This document shows positions 1-9,184 of a stretch of DNA of 64,000 nucleotides, one piece after another. The DNA comes from a virus. Position 1 is the first letter of the stretch. The number at the start of each line of letters is the position of its first letter. Below the pieces are notes generated by a model. It saw nothing but the letters and a program-made list of their open reading frames with translations. It had not been told where the DNA came from and made no database searches. The DNA lies in IMG/VR virus record IMGVR_UViG_3300023110_001943, positions 32,001-96,000 of that record. One strand, given 5' to 3'. Position numbers and translations under genes: made by a program.

Positions 1-1
1 T

Positions 2-364
2 TATTGTAATTTAATATATCATTATATAAATTGGAGATTAGATACAAACCGAGTAGATGAAAGACATAGTTCTTATCATTGTATACCTGTTTATATTCTT
101 TTAAAAGAATTCTTTCAACCAAACGAAGTAACATTAGTAGATATAGATAATGAAAAAATATCTTTAAAAAATATTTTACAAGAATATTCTAAAGAAGAAA
201 TTACATCTGAAAAAAACCATTTTTCAAACGATAAAGTAAAGCAAGTTGTAAGAGAGTATTTACTAAGTAAATCAATGGATGAAAAAATCAGAAGAGGTAT
301 AAAATACGAAAGTATAATATATAAATTACTAAAAATGGATTATAGAAACTATGAGAAAATGTAA
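2..364 (+). CDS. 5'-truncated hypothetical protein, probable paralog of 4908..5753
   Basis: Frame 2 is open from the window start to TAA at 362-364; shares DExHxS, (I/L)VDI(D/E) and C-terminal ExxIY-like segments with 4908..5753. Confidence 0.6.
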   Translation, partial: YCNLIYHYINWRLDTNRVDERHSSYHCIPVYILLKEFFQPNEVTLVDIDNEKISLKNILQEYSKEEITSEKNHFSNDKVKQVVREYLLSKSMDEKIRRGIKYESIIYKLLKMDYRNYEKM

Positions 365-713
365 TGTATGTAAATTAAAAAAACCTAATTTTTGGTTTAA
401 GAAAAAACCAAATGGTGATTTAAAGAAAACTTGCAGAGGATGTGAGAGAACATGGTGGGGTGGATTTCTACGAATGTTGGTTAAAGAAAGACAACTAACA
501 CCAGCTGAAAGATTAGGTAACAGGCTCGGGTATATGGGAACGGCGTTTATTATGATGTCTCCTTACTTACTACCATATGATAATATTGGTGCTTATACTT
601 ATCTTGTTGGTGCAGTATTATCCTTACCACAAGTTTGGTTGGCTAAACAATGGAACTTAGTTGTTGTCAACCTAAATCTTCTCATTGGATACGGATTGTA
701 TCTTTTTTCATAA
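351..713 (+). CDS. Membrane protein with N-terminal CxxC...CxxC zinc ribbon
   Basis: CNVC/CRGC pair followed by about 3 hydrophobic helices. Confidence 0.6.
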   Translation: MRKCNVCKLKKPNFWFKKKPNGDLKKTCRGCERTWWGGFLRMLVKERQLTPAERLGNRLGYMGTAFIMMSPYLLPYDNIGAYTYLVGAVLSLPQVWLAKQWNLVVVNLNLLIGYGLYLFS

Positions 714-726
714 AAATTCTGTGAAG

Positions 727-760
727 GACTTGTTTTTCTCAAAATTTTTTCGTATTATTG
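727..760 (+). promoter_or_regulatory. Bacteroidetes-type early promoter (variant -7 box)
   Basis: GACTTG-N20-TATTATTG, same spacing as 11 other copies. Confidence 0.6.
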
Positions 761-799
761 TATTGTAATTAATTCAACAACACAATATAGTATATCACT

Positions 800-1066
800 A
801 TGACTTACCACACACTAACACCTGCACAAACAACCTCTCTCATCAAGATTCAACTTTGGTGGGCACAAACTTTGGTTACAAAAAATCGATTTCCACAAGA
901 AGATAAACGATGGATGTGGATGGAAAGTATCATTCAGAAACAAAAGTATAATGATAACGCCAAACAATTCCTAAATCAGATGAGAGAAATGTATATAAAC
1001 TCATCAAAAATTCCAAAACAACCATTCCGTTCAACAGTCAATGTTAATGGATTCCCAATGGTATAA
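800..1066 (+). CDS. Hypothetical early protein (related to 2416..2649)
   Basis: Shares LNxMRExYI motif with 2416..2649. Confidence 0.6.
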   Translation: MTYHTLTPAQTTSLIKIQLWWAQTLVTKNRFPQEDKRWMWMESIIQKQKYNDNAKQFLNQMREMYINSSKIPKQPFRSTVNVNGFPMV

Positions 1067-1101
1067 TAATTTTTTAATAAAGAACAAGAGAGTATATCAC
1101 T

Positions 1102-1302
1102 ATGGATTTTCAACAAGTCCAATTCCTCGTTCAAATGTTTTTCCAATACGAATTAGCAAATTATATAGAAGATGAAGATGACAAAAAAGAAATGGTTCGC
1201 CTCCTTTGGTATCTTATCGATAATCACCATGATTATGTTAAGGACATTTATGCACAAACACTAAATGATATGGATGTATATCCTTTCATTTATACAAACT
1301 AA
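1102..1302 (+). CDS. Hypothetical protein
   Basis: ORF track; leader shared with ORF at 800. Confidence 0.55.
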   Translation: MDFQQVQFLVQMFFQYELANYIEDEDDKKEMVRLLWYLIDNHHDYVKDIYAQTLNDMDVYPFIYTN

Positions 1303-1329
1303 AAAAAAATTATGAAGTTTTTGTGAAGA

Positions 1330-1363
1330 GACTTGTGTAATAAAAAAAGTTTTCGTATATTTG
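1330..1363 (+). promoter_or_regulatory. Bacteroidetes-type early promoter
   Basis: GACTTG-N20-TATATTTG. Confidence 0.8.
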
Positions 1364-1397
1364 TATTGTAATTGAGAGAACAAAACAAAATAAAACA

Positions 1398-1562
1398 ATG
1401 AGTGTTACAGAAAAAATTTATACTCAAGATGAGATTCAAGACCTTCTCACCGCTATCATTCACTTGGTAGATGACCTTAGTTGGGATTATGACCGACTGA
1501 GTTCAGGTGGAAAAGAAACTCTTGATAAACTACATGAACTTCTTGGAATAGAATGTCCGTAG
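1398..1562 (+). CDS. Small hypothetical protein (54 aa, MSVTEKIY...)
   Basis: Read manually; follows promoter with an A-rich leader. Confidence 0.6.
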   Translation: MSVTEKIYTQDEIQDLLTAIIHLVDDLSWDYDRLSSGGKETLDKLHELLGIECP

Positions 1563-1571
1563 TTAAAATAT

Positions 1572-1657
1572 GCCAGAGTGGTGGAATAGGTAGACACGAG
1601 GGACTTAAAATCCCTTGAACTGTAAAGTTCGTGCGGGTTCGATTCCCGCCTCTGGTA
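1572..1657 (+). tRNA. tRNA-Leu(TAA)
   Basis: Acceptor GCCAGAG/CTCTGGT, anticodon arm AGGGA-CTTAAAA-TCCCT, long variable arm, GTTCGATTC T-loop. Confidence 0.95.
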
Positions 1658-1664
1658 CACTCGA

Positions 1665-1788
1665 TGTGTGATGAGAGCAAGGATAACTCGGCTCCAAATG
1701 AGGAGGTAGCATCATACAAAACTGAGAAGGAGATGAAGAAACAGAAACGATTTCGGCTCCGCAAGAGTAAGGAGGTAGCCTTCTCAGT
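1665..1788 (+). ncRNA. Tandem pair of putative three-way-junction structured RNAs
   Basis: Two units share TCGGCTCC...GGAGGTAGC and have different but complementary closing stems (TGTGTGATG/CATCATACA; ACTGAGAAGG/CCTTCTCAGT). Confidence 0.6.
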
Positions 1789-1802
1789 ATTTTTTTTAAT
1801 AT

Positions 1803-1876
1803 GCACCCGTAGCTCAGTTGGATAGAGCATCTGCCTTCTAAGCAGACGGTCAAAGGTTCGAATCCTTTCGGGTGTA
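1803..1876 (+). tRNA. tRNA-Arg(TCT)
   Basis: Cloverleaf; anticodon arm TCTGC-CTTCTAA-GCAGA. Confidence 0.95.
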
Positions 1877-1883
1877 CAAAGAT

Positions 1884-1956
1884 GAATCCATAGCTCAGTT
1901 GGTAGAGCACCTCACTTTTAATGAGGGAGTCGTAGGTTCGAGCCCTACTGGATTCA
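1884..1956 (+). tRNA. tRNA-Lys(TTT)
   Basis: Cloverleaf; CCTCA-CTTTTAA-TGAGG. Confidence 0.95.
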
Positions 1957-1968
1957 CCCAAAGTATAT

Positions 1969-2042
1969 GGACTTGTAGCTCAGTTGGTTAGAGCAACCCG
2001 CTCATAACGGGTAGGTCATAGGTTCGAACCCTATCAGGTCCA
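1969..2042 (+). tRNA. tRNA-CAT, most likely tRNA-Ile2 (lysidine type)
   Basis: ACCCG-CTCATAA-CGGGT; paired G1-C72 and no GGG/CCC initiator stem; body resembles bacterial Ile2 tRNAs. Confidence 0.85.
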
Positions 2043-2154
2043 CCCATTCTAAATTCAAGAATACAGAAAATGATTACACTAATAATACTTTTTGTGATTA
2101 TGTGGACACTATATAAACTACCTCGACAATTATAAAAAATATATATTTATATGT

Positions 2155-2412
2155 ATGAAGATAGTAGAAATAATAGAAGGTTGGGCAAATGTAGTTAAAG
2201 ACCAATTTGATGCAGTTGACCCTGTTACAAAGGCGGTATCTAAAAAAAGATTACTCGAATGTAATTCATGTTCATTACGACAACTTAACACATGCTCACC
2301 ACTTTTATATGGTAATCACATAATTACAGGTGAAAGAAAAAATGGATGTGGATGTAACATTGCTGCTAAAACACTATCACCCTCATCTCAATGCCCACTT
2401 GGTAAATGGTAA
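2155..2412 (+). CDS. Small Cys-rich phage protein (CPLGKW C-terminus)
   Basis: CxxC...CGC...CPxGKW pattern; ATATTTATA motif directly upstream. Confidence 0.7.
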   Translation: MKIVEIIEGWANVVKDQFDAVDPVTKAVSKKRLLECNSCSLRQLNTCSPLLYGNHIITGERKNGCGCNIAAKTLSPSSQCPLGKW

Positions 2413-2415
2413 TTT

Positions 2416-2649
2416 ATGTATAACAACGCAACTTTTGTAGATAAGAAACAACTAAAACTTCTAAAAGATTTTGATAAATGGTTAGCAAATGAACCATGGC
2501 AATCTGAAGTAGAACTAAATACGGCTTTACAAGTTAGAGAATTGATAACCAAAATAGAAAAAAGAGGTTATTATTATGAAGGTGAGGCTGATGTTCTCAA
2601 TATAATGAGAGAACAATACATAGAACATAAAAAGAAAAGTGGAAAATAA
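2416..2649 (+). CDS. Hypothetical protein
   Basis: ORF track; related to 800..1066. Confidence 0.6.
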   Translation: MYNNATFVDKKQLKLLKDFDKWLANEPWQSEVELNTALQVRELITKIEKRGYYYEGEADVLNIMREQYIEHKKKSGK

Positions 2650-2860
2650 TTTAATAGATTTAAAAGATTGTAAAAAGAATAAGAGGTATGAGATAGTACT
2701 AACTTGTAAAGAACCTCGTTTCTTTGAAATTGGTATTTTTCCTACACAAAAGATTAGTGTTATTACTCACCAAAGTGGTATGTATAAAATACGAGTGGAC
2801 AACACGCAATGGGTTATAAGAGAAGAACAAGGTAGTTGTATAAAAGTTAAAGAAATATAA
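2639..2860 (+). CDS. feoA: FeoA-family (SH3-like) protein
   Basis: RFFEIGIFPTQKISVI...IRVDNTQWVIREEQGSCIKV matches the FeoA pattern RLxxLGxxPGxxVxV...AxxIxV. Confidence 0.7.
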   Translation: MENNLIDLKDCKKNKRYEIVLTCKEPRFFEIGIFPTQKISVITHQSGMYKIRVDNTQWVIREEQGSCIKVKEI

Positions 2861-2861
2861 T

Positions 2862-3620
2862 GTGGAAAATAAACATCTATTAATCTTATTTGGACAATAT
2901 AGAAACTTTGATTCTATTGCACCTCAACTAAAGTTTGATGGATTTGATGTTATTGCTTCTACTTGGGATATGGCTTATAGTGGGATGGAGGCTGGAACTG
3001 CTGGTAATTGGAGAATTCCAATATCTAAAAATGATATAACGAAGTTTATTCCTAATGCAAACGTCTTAGTATGGGAACATTATCTATCAGATGAAATGTT
3101 TGAGTTTAGAAATACAGCTAAAATGTTGTTTCATTTTAAGAATGCTTTAAAACAAATAGAAGATGGTAAAGTATATGATACGATAACACTTCAAAGATTT
3201 GATTTATTTTCTAATATACATGAAATACAAAAATTAGAATTGGAAGATGATATTCTATATTGTGATGATACTGGTGAAAATGAAAGCTACAATCAGAAAG
3301 ATTTAAGAATCCAAGATTGGATGTTTTTTGGTAAACACGATATTGTAAAAAAATACATAGAACTATTTGAATATGATGATATAAAAGATGCTGAAGCTCA
3401 TTCTGTTCAAGGTAGACATATAACAAAACACAATATAAAAAGAAAACCAATAAAGGGAAGTGGTATAAAATATACACTACTAAAAGATTTTGATGGTGAG
3501 GGATATACAAGATTTTTAAATGATTTTAATAAATATTATAAATTTTTTGATTTATTACCAAACACAAAACCATACAAAAAATTTGTAAAAAATATAGGAC
3601 CAAGATGGTATAAAGAATAA
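2862..3620 (+). CDS. Hypothetical protein, possible glycan-modifying (GT-like) enzyme
   Basis: N-terminal LILFGQYRNF, STWD, RFD and DWMFFG motifs resemble phage GT-like families. Confidence 0.45.
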   Translation: MENKHLLILFGQYRNFDSIAPQLKFDGFDVIASTWDMAYSGMEAGTAGNWRIPISKNDITKFIPNANVLVWEHYLSDEMFEFRNTAKMLFHFKNALKQIEDGKVYDTITLQRFDLFSNIHEIQKLELEDDILYCDDTGENESYNQKDLRIQDWMFFGKHDIVKKYIELFEYDDIKDAEAHSVQGRHITKHNIKRKPIKGSGIKYTLLKDFDGEGYTRFLNDFNKYYKFFDLLPNTKPYKKFVKNIGPRWYKE

Positions 3621-3622
3621 TT

Positions 3623-3976
3623 ATGGAAGATTTCAATTGGGAAGATTACGAAGCTGATAATAATAGGCAAGATGATATAAGAAAAGGTTTGGATAAACTA
3701 CAAAGACTAATGTTTATACATGATTTGGAACTACATAGAACTCAGATAGTTCCACTTGACCCATCTGAATTTATAGATTTATTCGGTGAACCAACTGAGG
3801 AAGATTTAGAAATAATGACTCAAATACTAATAGATGATATTCACAGATTAACCCATTTAAAGGTAGTTGATAAGTGGGGATTAGATTGGATAAAACATAT
3901 TTTAGATTTTAATGAAAAAGTTGAGGAGTATGAGTTGTGTGCAGTATTTAAAGAAGTAATAGATGATGTAATATGA
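3623..3976 (+). CDS. Hypothetical protein with C-terminal UVR-like motif
   Basis: EEYELCAVFKE resembles the UvrB/UvrC coiled-coil ExYExAAxxRD. Confidence 0.55.
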   Translation: MEDFNWEDYEADNNRQDDIRKGLDKLQRLMFIHDLELHRTQIVPLDPSEFIDLFGEPTEEDLEIMTQILIDDIHRLTHLKVVDKWGLDWIKHILDFNEKVEEYELCAVFKEVIDDVI

Positions 3977-4911
3977 AAAAGATACACATATTGGGTACAT
4001 CATTTTCTGTGGGTGGTGGATTAGATTGGGGTTCAGCTGGAAGAAATGATATTTTGCATCACATATATAAGTTTGTTGATGAACCAAAAACAATTGATAA
4101 CTATTCTTGGCCAGGCCAAATGAAAAGATTAATCAAAGATAATAATGTTGAAATAATCAATCATGCTAAATGTGGTTTTGGAAACGAATTAATTTATCGA
4201 AAGATATTTGAGATTACACAACAAGTTGGATTTAAAAAAGAAGATAATTTATTTTTAATTGAATGGTCTTATTTTGGTAGAAAAGAATTTTATTCACAAA
4301 AATATAAAGATTATTTTATTGTAAATTATAATGAATCTGATATGAAACACTTATCTTTTTCATTTGATTATCAAGATTTTTCATTTAATCAAGAATATAA
4401 TGAAAAGAACCAATATCTAAATAAACTTAAAAAATCATCAAGAGAGTTTTTAGATGAAACATTATATTATAATGCAAATACAGATTCATTACACGATTTA
4501 CCTTTTTTACAAAACATTTCTTTTTTTGTTTCATTTTTAAAATTAAATAAAATTAATTATTTATATACATCCCCACCTGTCGTAGATGTTAATCAAATCA
4601 AAAATGGAATAGAAACTTGGTTTGTAGATAAAAACAATAGAGTTGAAAATATAAAATATAAAATGGAAGGTGAAGATGAAGAGGTTGAATCATTTGTTGC
4701 TTTCTTTAATATGCCAGAACACGAAAAATATAGATTACATATTACAGGAGAAACACATGGAATGATAAATGATTTACATCTTGGGTTATGGGGAGCTAAG
4801 ATTGTAGCTCAACAAACATATAATAGATTGGTAGATGATGGGTGGATTAGTGGAGAGAAAGCTGAGTTTCCAGAAAAACCTATAATTAACTTAGAGGCGT
4901 ATAAACAATGA
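3973..4911 (+). CDS. SGNH/GDSL-hydrolase-like protein
   Basis: GTSFSVG, SWP, NHAKCGFGN and C-terminal DLH. Confidence 0.65.
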   Translation: MKKIHILGTSFSVGGGLDWGSAGRNDILHHIYKFVDEPKTIDNYSWPGQMKRLIKDNNVEIINHAKCGFGNELIYRKIFEITQQVGFKKEDNLFLIEWSYFGRKEFYSQKYKDYFIVNYNESDMKHLSFSFDYQDFSFNQEYNEKNQYLNKLKKSSREFLDETLYYNANTDSLHDLPFLQNISFFVSFLKLNKINYLYTSPPVVDVNQIKNGIETWFVDKNNRVENIKYKMEGEDEEVESFVAFFNMPEHEKYRLHITGETHGMINDLHLGLWGAKIVAQQTYNRLVDDGWISGEKAEFPEKPIINLEAYKQ

Positions 4912-5753
4912 TATGTTTTATATATTCGGATAAAGCTATTATAACTGGTGCTAAAAGAGCATCTCGACTTATAGAGCAAAATACAATACCTATTGATGTT
5001 ATAGAATTGTGGGGAGGTGAGCTTTTGAATATGGGGTTAATATTAGAAAATGTAAAAAAAGTACAAAGTATATCTAAAAGTAAAAAAATATATTTGTTAA
5101 ACCGAGAACCGTTAGGTCATATTAAAAGTGGTTTCGTAAATATATTTGAAAAGGCAAGTAATAAGGGGTTTCAATCTCCATTTGCATCTGATATGTATAG
5201 ATTAATCAATTCAACCTTACAACATACATGGGTTAACCTAATTTATCTTTCAGCAAATAAAGATAGTTTCGAGTATAACTTTAAAACAAATAAATTAAAA
5301 GATGATATATCTGAAGATGAACTACTTGGTTTATTAAATTGGTTTGTTGATTTATATAATACTAAATCCGATGATTTTTATTTATACTTAATAGGAGATG
5401 AACACACTTCACCAAAACATCATTTAATAAAACAAATGAAAGATTCAATTGATTGTGAAATTGTTGATATAGAAAGACATGACAATTTATTAAAATATCT
5501 TGGATTTAATTGGAGTGATAGTGATAATAATACTAAGAAAAATACATACTCTCAAAAAGAACCTAAACTATTTTTTGATATTTTGTTAGATTATATTTTA
5601 ACACAAGATAAAAATATAGTAGCAAATCACTTTAAAAGTATCTATGGAAAATCAAGTGTTGTTAGGGGGTCTACTTTAATTAACATTAAAAAGAATGATA
5701 AGGTTTTAGAAGTTCTTAATAATGAAATTAAAATATACAATGAACTTAAATAA
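4908..5753 (+). CDS. Hypothetical protein, possibly sulfotransferase-like fold
   Basis: KRASR and LNREPxxHIKSG resemble PAPS-binding segments; weak. Confidence 0.4.
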   Translation: MICFIYSDKAIITGAKRASRLIEQNTIPIDVIELWGGELLNMGLILENVKKVQSISKSKKIYLLNREPLGHIKSGFVNIFEKASNKGFQSPFASDMYRLINSTLQHTWVNLIYLSANKDSFEYNFKTNKLKDDISEDELLGLLNWFVDLYNTKSDDFYLYLIGDEHTSPKHHLIKQMKDSIDCEIVDIERHDNLLKYLGFNWSDSDNNTKKNTYSQKEPKLFFDILLDYILTQDKNIVANHFKSIYGKSSVVRGSTLINIKKNDKVLEVLNNEIKIYNELK

Positions 5754-6396
5754 CATTCCATATTATAAACTCAATATCGATTTAGATTTGGGTAAGTTAA
5801 AAGAAGAGTGTAGTAAAGCTCTTAGATATACAGGTACACAAGATTACGAATCAACGTTTAAATTAGCAAGAAAAAAGTATCGTAAAGCTTGGAGTGGTGT
5901 TTCTCTTTGGGGTAGTGAAGGTGAATTGTTTTCTGATTTTAAAGAAGGTGATTATAAAGGTAAGTTAGAACCTACTGCATTAGAACCACACATGCCTTAC
6001 ACATATTCGGTAATTAAAAAGATATATGGTAGCTCACCTATGAGTAGGGTAAGGTTAATGAGAATAAGACCTGGTAAATCTTTACTTTGGCATTCTCATG
6101 TACAAGAACATGGACAGGATGAGAATGAACTAACCATACAAATACCAATCAATGTACCAAAAGGATTTAAGTATTGTGTTGTAGATAAAGATGAGTTTAG
6201 TTGGTACAAAAGATTATACCCACCAAGTTGGTTTAAATCTGCACAATGTTTTGAGTTAGAAGAAGGTAATGCATATTATTTTAATTCATATCATTATCAT
6301 AATGTATATAATCCTACGAGTGAATGGAGAGATACACTTATGTTTTATGTAGATTATAATCATAAGGATATACAAAGATTATTCGAGAAAAGATAG
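5740..6396 (+). CDS. 2OG-Fe(II) oxygenase, aspartyl/asparaginyl beta-hydroxylase-like
   Basis: RVRLMRIRPG...WHSH...IPI...EEGNAYYFN...HNVYNPTSEWR. Confidence 0.75.
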   Translation: MNLNNIPYYKLNIDLDLGKLKEECSKALRYTGTQDYESTFKLARKKYRKAWSGVSLWGSEGELFSDFKEGDYKGKLEPTALEPHMPYTYSVIKKIYGSSPMSRVRLMRIRPGKSLLWHSHVQEHGQDENELTIQIPINVPKGFKYCVVDKDEFSWYKRLYPPSWFKSAQCFELEEGNAYYFNSYHYHNVYNPTSEWRDTLMFYVDYNHKDIQRLFEKR

Positions 6397-6532
6397 CATC
6401 CTCGAACTCTTATATGAGATTAAAAGGTGAATACCAAAAAAACGACCTTTTCAATTTGATAGTAAACACAATGGCGGTAACTATAATAATTAAGAACGGA
6501 TACAATCAATAACTATAATTAATAACATCAGT

Positions 6533-6739
6533 ATGAAAGAACAAGATAATATATTAAAGACGATATTTCTAAAACCTCGTGAGTATTCAGACCACGATAG
6601 GTATAATACAAGAGATACAAGAGAACTCACCCCTATATGGGATACTATATTTACTTTATATAAAACACAAAGAGAAAGACAGGTAAAAATGTCCTCAATA
6701 ACTCTCCCTACTAAGGGGAACTCTAAATACCACAGATAA
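6533..6739 (+). CDS. Hypothetical protein
   Basis: ORF track only. Confidence 0.4.
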   Translation: MKEQDNILKTIFLKPREYSDHDRYNTRDTRELTPIWDTIFTLYKTQRERQVKMSSITLPTKGNSKYHR

Positions 6740-6741
6740 TT

Positions 6742-7026
6742 ATGAATCCATTAGAAGAACTTGTTAGATTATATTGGTTAGAAACCATAGGATGGATAGC
6801 TAACTTTGTAATAGTAATACAATTTCTACAAAAAGATATGTGGAAGTTGAGGGTATGGGGTATCGTAGGAGCAACACTATGGGGAGTTTATGCTGTAGGG
6901 ATTGGAAGTATTCCTTTATTGTGCTTGAATCTACTGATATGGATAATTCAATTTTATCATCTGAGAAAACTATCAAAAGAAAAGAAGGAGAAAAAATCTT
7001 TTGGGAACGACCGAAAAAAATTTTAA
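6742..7026 (+). CDS. Small 3-TM membrane protein (YgjV/PQ-loop-like)
   Basis: ETIGWIA...KLR...WGVYA...N pattern. Confidence 0.6.
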   Translation: MNPLEELVRLYWLETIGWIANFVIVIQFLQKDMWKLRVWGIVGATLWGVYAVGIGSIPLLCLNLLIWIIQFYHLRKLSKEKKEKKSFGNDRKKF

Positions 7027-7155
7027 AAGACCGACACTGTCTTAGTGTCTTAAGTAGTAGGTTATTATATTTCTTTTTAACCTTGTTCTTTTAAGTTGTC
7101 TGGAGTTGCTGCAGTTATAACTATAAGATTTTTGAAAAAATAAATTAAAAAAGTT

Positions 7156-8055
7156 ATGAACAATTTATCAACAATACAATTAGAGTTATTTCTGAAAAAG
7201 AAATATGTTCATATTTTTCCACAAACTGAAGATGTTTCTAAATCGATAGATAGGATTAAACTATACGCAAAGAATCAAAACGATTTTCTTATTTATGTTT
7301 TTAAAGAGATTATCCCTTTCCAAGAGTATTTCGAAAAGATTGAAAACCTCGTACAATCTCTACCAAACAATATATGGATAATGAGTTCAACGGCCTCACC
7401 CCATCCCTTATGTGTAAATCCTTTATTAAACACATTAATGTTCAAGGATGATAAGATATTAAATGATATTGATAAAGAAGGAAATGATTGGGTATTATAC
7501 TTTGATAAAAAACTTTTAACACCTTGTGAGAAAATATTCGATTCTATATTATCGGTGGTTAGACCAAATAAGCAAAGAGAATATTTGTTTAATAATATAA
7601 AACCAAACACACTTCATATTCAACGATACTATAATAATAATACGAGTAATATATATCCTACTTGGTCTGAATTAACACAAGAATATCTTAGAACTTATCT
7701 TGCTTGTGTAGTAGAAACGAACTACCCATCTACTACTTCATTTAATTGTATTACCGAAAAAACTTTACTTTCGTTTTTTTGTAGATGCATCCCCCTCGTT
7801 CTTGGAAAAAAACATATTGTAAGAGATTTAAAAGATATGGGATTTTGGATTTCAAATGAATCATTAGGATTTGGAGATGCCGATAACTATGAAGATGATG
7901 ATATGAAGAAAGTTGATTATTATATTAAGTGTATTGAACGAATCAATAATATTGATGTAAAAGAATTTTACTACGATAATATAGAAAATATCAATAATAA
8001 CCAAAAAATAATTTCAGAAATTTATTCAAAAAAACTTACAAAAAGACTTGTGTAA
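7156..8055 (+). CDS. Glycosyltransferase-like protein
   Basis: C-terminal VVET...ITEKT...PLVLG...LKDMGF segment, shared with 24532..25668. Confidence 0.55.
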   Translation: MNNLSTIQLELFLKKKYVHIFPQTEDVSKSIDRIKLYAKNQNDFLIYVFKEIIPFQEYFEKIENLVQSLPNNIWIMSSTASPHPLCVNPLLNTLMFKDDKILNDIDKEGNDWVLYFDKKLLTPCEKIFDSILSVVRPNKQREYLFNNIKPNTLHIQRYYNNNTSNIYPTWSELTQEYLRTYLACVVETNYPSTTSFNCITEKTLLSFFCRCIPLVLGKKHIVRDLKDMGFWISNESLGFGDADNYEDDDMKKVDYYIKCIERINNIDVKEFYYDNIENINNNQKIISEIYSKKLTKRLV

Positions 8056-8078
8056 TTCAAATATTTTTCGTATATTTA
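8043..8078 (+). promoter_or_regulatory. Bacteroidetes-type early promoter
   Basis: AAGACTTG-N20-TATATTTA. Confidence 0.8.
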
Positions 8079-8100
8079 CTATGTAAATGAGAGTTAAGAT

Positions 8101-8259
8101 ATGAAAAACTTAAAAGAATTATCAAGAGAAGAATTAGAAGAAGTATTACTTAACAAGAATTTTATTGGTGATTTTGAATCAATTAGTTCAATGATGAATC
8201 CAAAAGTTCTTTATACTGTACTTAACAAAATTCAAAAAATAAATAACATTAAACTTTAA
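8101..8259 (+). CDS. Small early protein (52 aa)
   Basis: Read manually; first ORF after the promoter. Confidence 0.6.
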   Translation: MKNLKELSREELEEVLLNKNFIGDFESISSMMNPKVLYTVLNKIQKINNIKL

Positions 8260-8262
8260 AAC

Positions 8263-8571
8263 ATGAAAACAAAATTTGAAATCTGGCTTGAAAAAGTTAA
8301 CAAAGAACGAAAGGAGTATTGGGATACGAATTTCAATTACAAGGATTATACTCCCCTTATTGTTAAGAAGGGTAAGAAGTATATGAAACTTATTGATGGA
8401 ACTTCTGTTTGGGGATTCATCTCTATGTTTGAAGGAGAATATAAAGGTATTCCAATTAAGGAAGGTGATTTAATGAAACCAGCTTCTTGGAACTCACCAG
8501 CTAAACACTCACGAGGTAATATCTTCGATGGTACTGATAAGTGGGAATACTACGGACCAAAATATTTATAA
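8263..8571 (+). CDS. Conserved phage hypothetical protein
   Basis: GDLMKPASWNSPAKHSRGNI motif, which I recognise from T4-like marine phage small proteins. Confidence 0.75.
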   Translation: MKTKFEIWLEKVNKERKEYWDTNFNYKDYTPLIVKKGKKYMKLIDGTSVWGFISMFEGEYKGIPIKEGDLMKPASWNSPAKHSRGNIFDGTDKWEYYGPKYL

Positions 8572-8590
8572 AACTTAAAAGATAAAAGAT

Positions 8591-8818
8591 ATGACAATTA
8601 AAGAGTATTACATGAACAATTACCCACAAGATGAGTTGGGTGTAGAACTAAATGAGAACGCAACTTTCGTAGGATTACTAAATTGTTTGTATGAAGGTAA
8701 TGATGTTTATGATTACATTGGTGAGGGTGATAGTTTAGTAAGAGAAAGATTATTCTCAGAATTAGCAAACCAACTAAACACGAGTTACGATTATGTTTAT
8801 AACTTGTGGTTAAATTAA
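8591..8818 (+). CDS. Hypothetical protein
   Basis: ORF track; DSLVRERLF motif. Confidence 0.65.
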   Translation: MTIKEYYMNNYPQDELGVELNENATFVGLLNCLYEGNDVYDYIGEGDSLVRERLFSELANQLNTSYDYVYNLWLN

Positions 8819-8824
8819 AATATA

Positions 8825-9184
8825 ATGAACGAAAATTTTAACTTTAAACTCCTATTCTTAGGAGTTTTACTTACCTTTGCAGGTCAAATATCCGTATGGT
8901 TTCAACACAACTATCAGTTTGTAAACCCAAAATACAAACCAGAATGGTGGGGTTGGTATGTTATGGCAATACCAATCACTTGGTTGTTCTTAAAAGGAAC
9001 TCAATATGGTGTAACTGCATTTGATGGACAAGTATGGCCTAATAGATTCTTAGGATTTATACTTGGTATTATAAGTTATGTTTATTTAACAAACCACTTT
9101 TTAAATGAACCTGTAACTTGGAAAATAGGAGCACAACTTTTTTTGTGTTTCGGAATAATACTAATACAAGTTTTTTGGAAATGA
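8825..9184 (+). CDS. 4-TM membrane protein (DMT/SMR-like topology)
   Basis: Four hydrophobic segments in 119 aa. Confidence 0.6.
   Translation: MNENFNFKLLFLGVLLTFAGQISVWFQHNYQFVNPKYKPEWWGWYVMAIPITWLFLKGTQYGVTAFDGQVWPNRFLGFILGIISYVYLTNHFLNEPVTWKIGAQLFLCFGIILIQVFWK

Noticed and set aside
1658-1800. Hammerhead, HDV-like (theta) ribozyme or glnA riboswitch after tRNA-Leu
   Set aside because: I could not find the CUGAnGA/GAAA core in the right stem context, the nested double pseudoknot, or the glnA E-loop consensus
1477-1961. ORFs 1477..1830(-), 1605..1961(-) and 1631..1825(+)
   Set aside because: They overlap clear tRNA genes and the structured RNA; their translations are tRNA shadows
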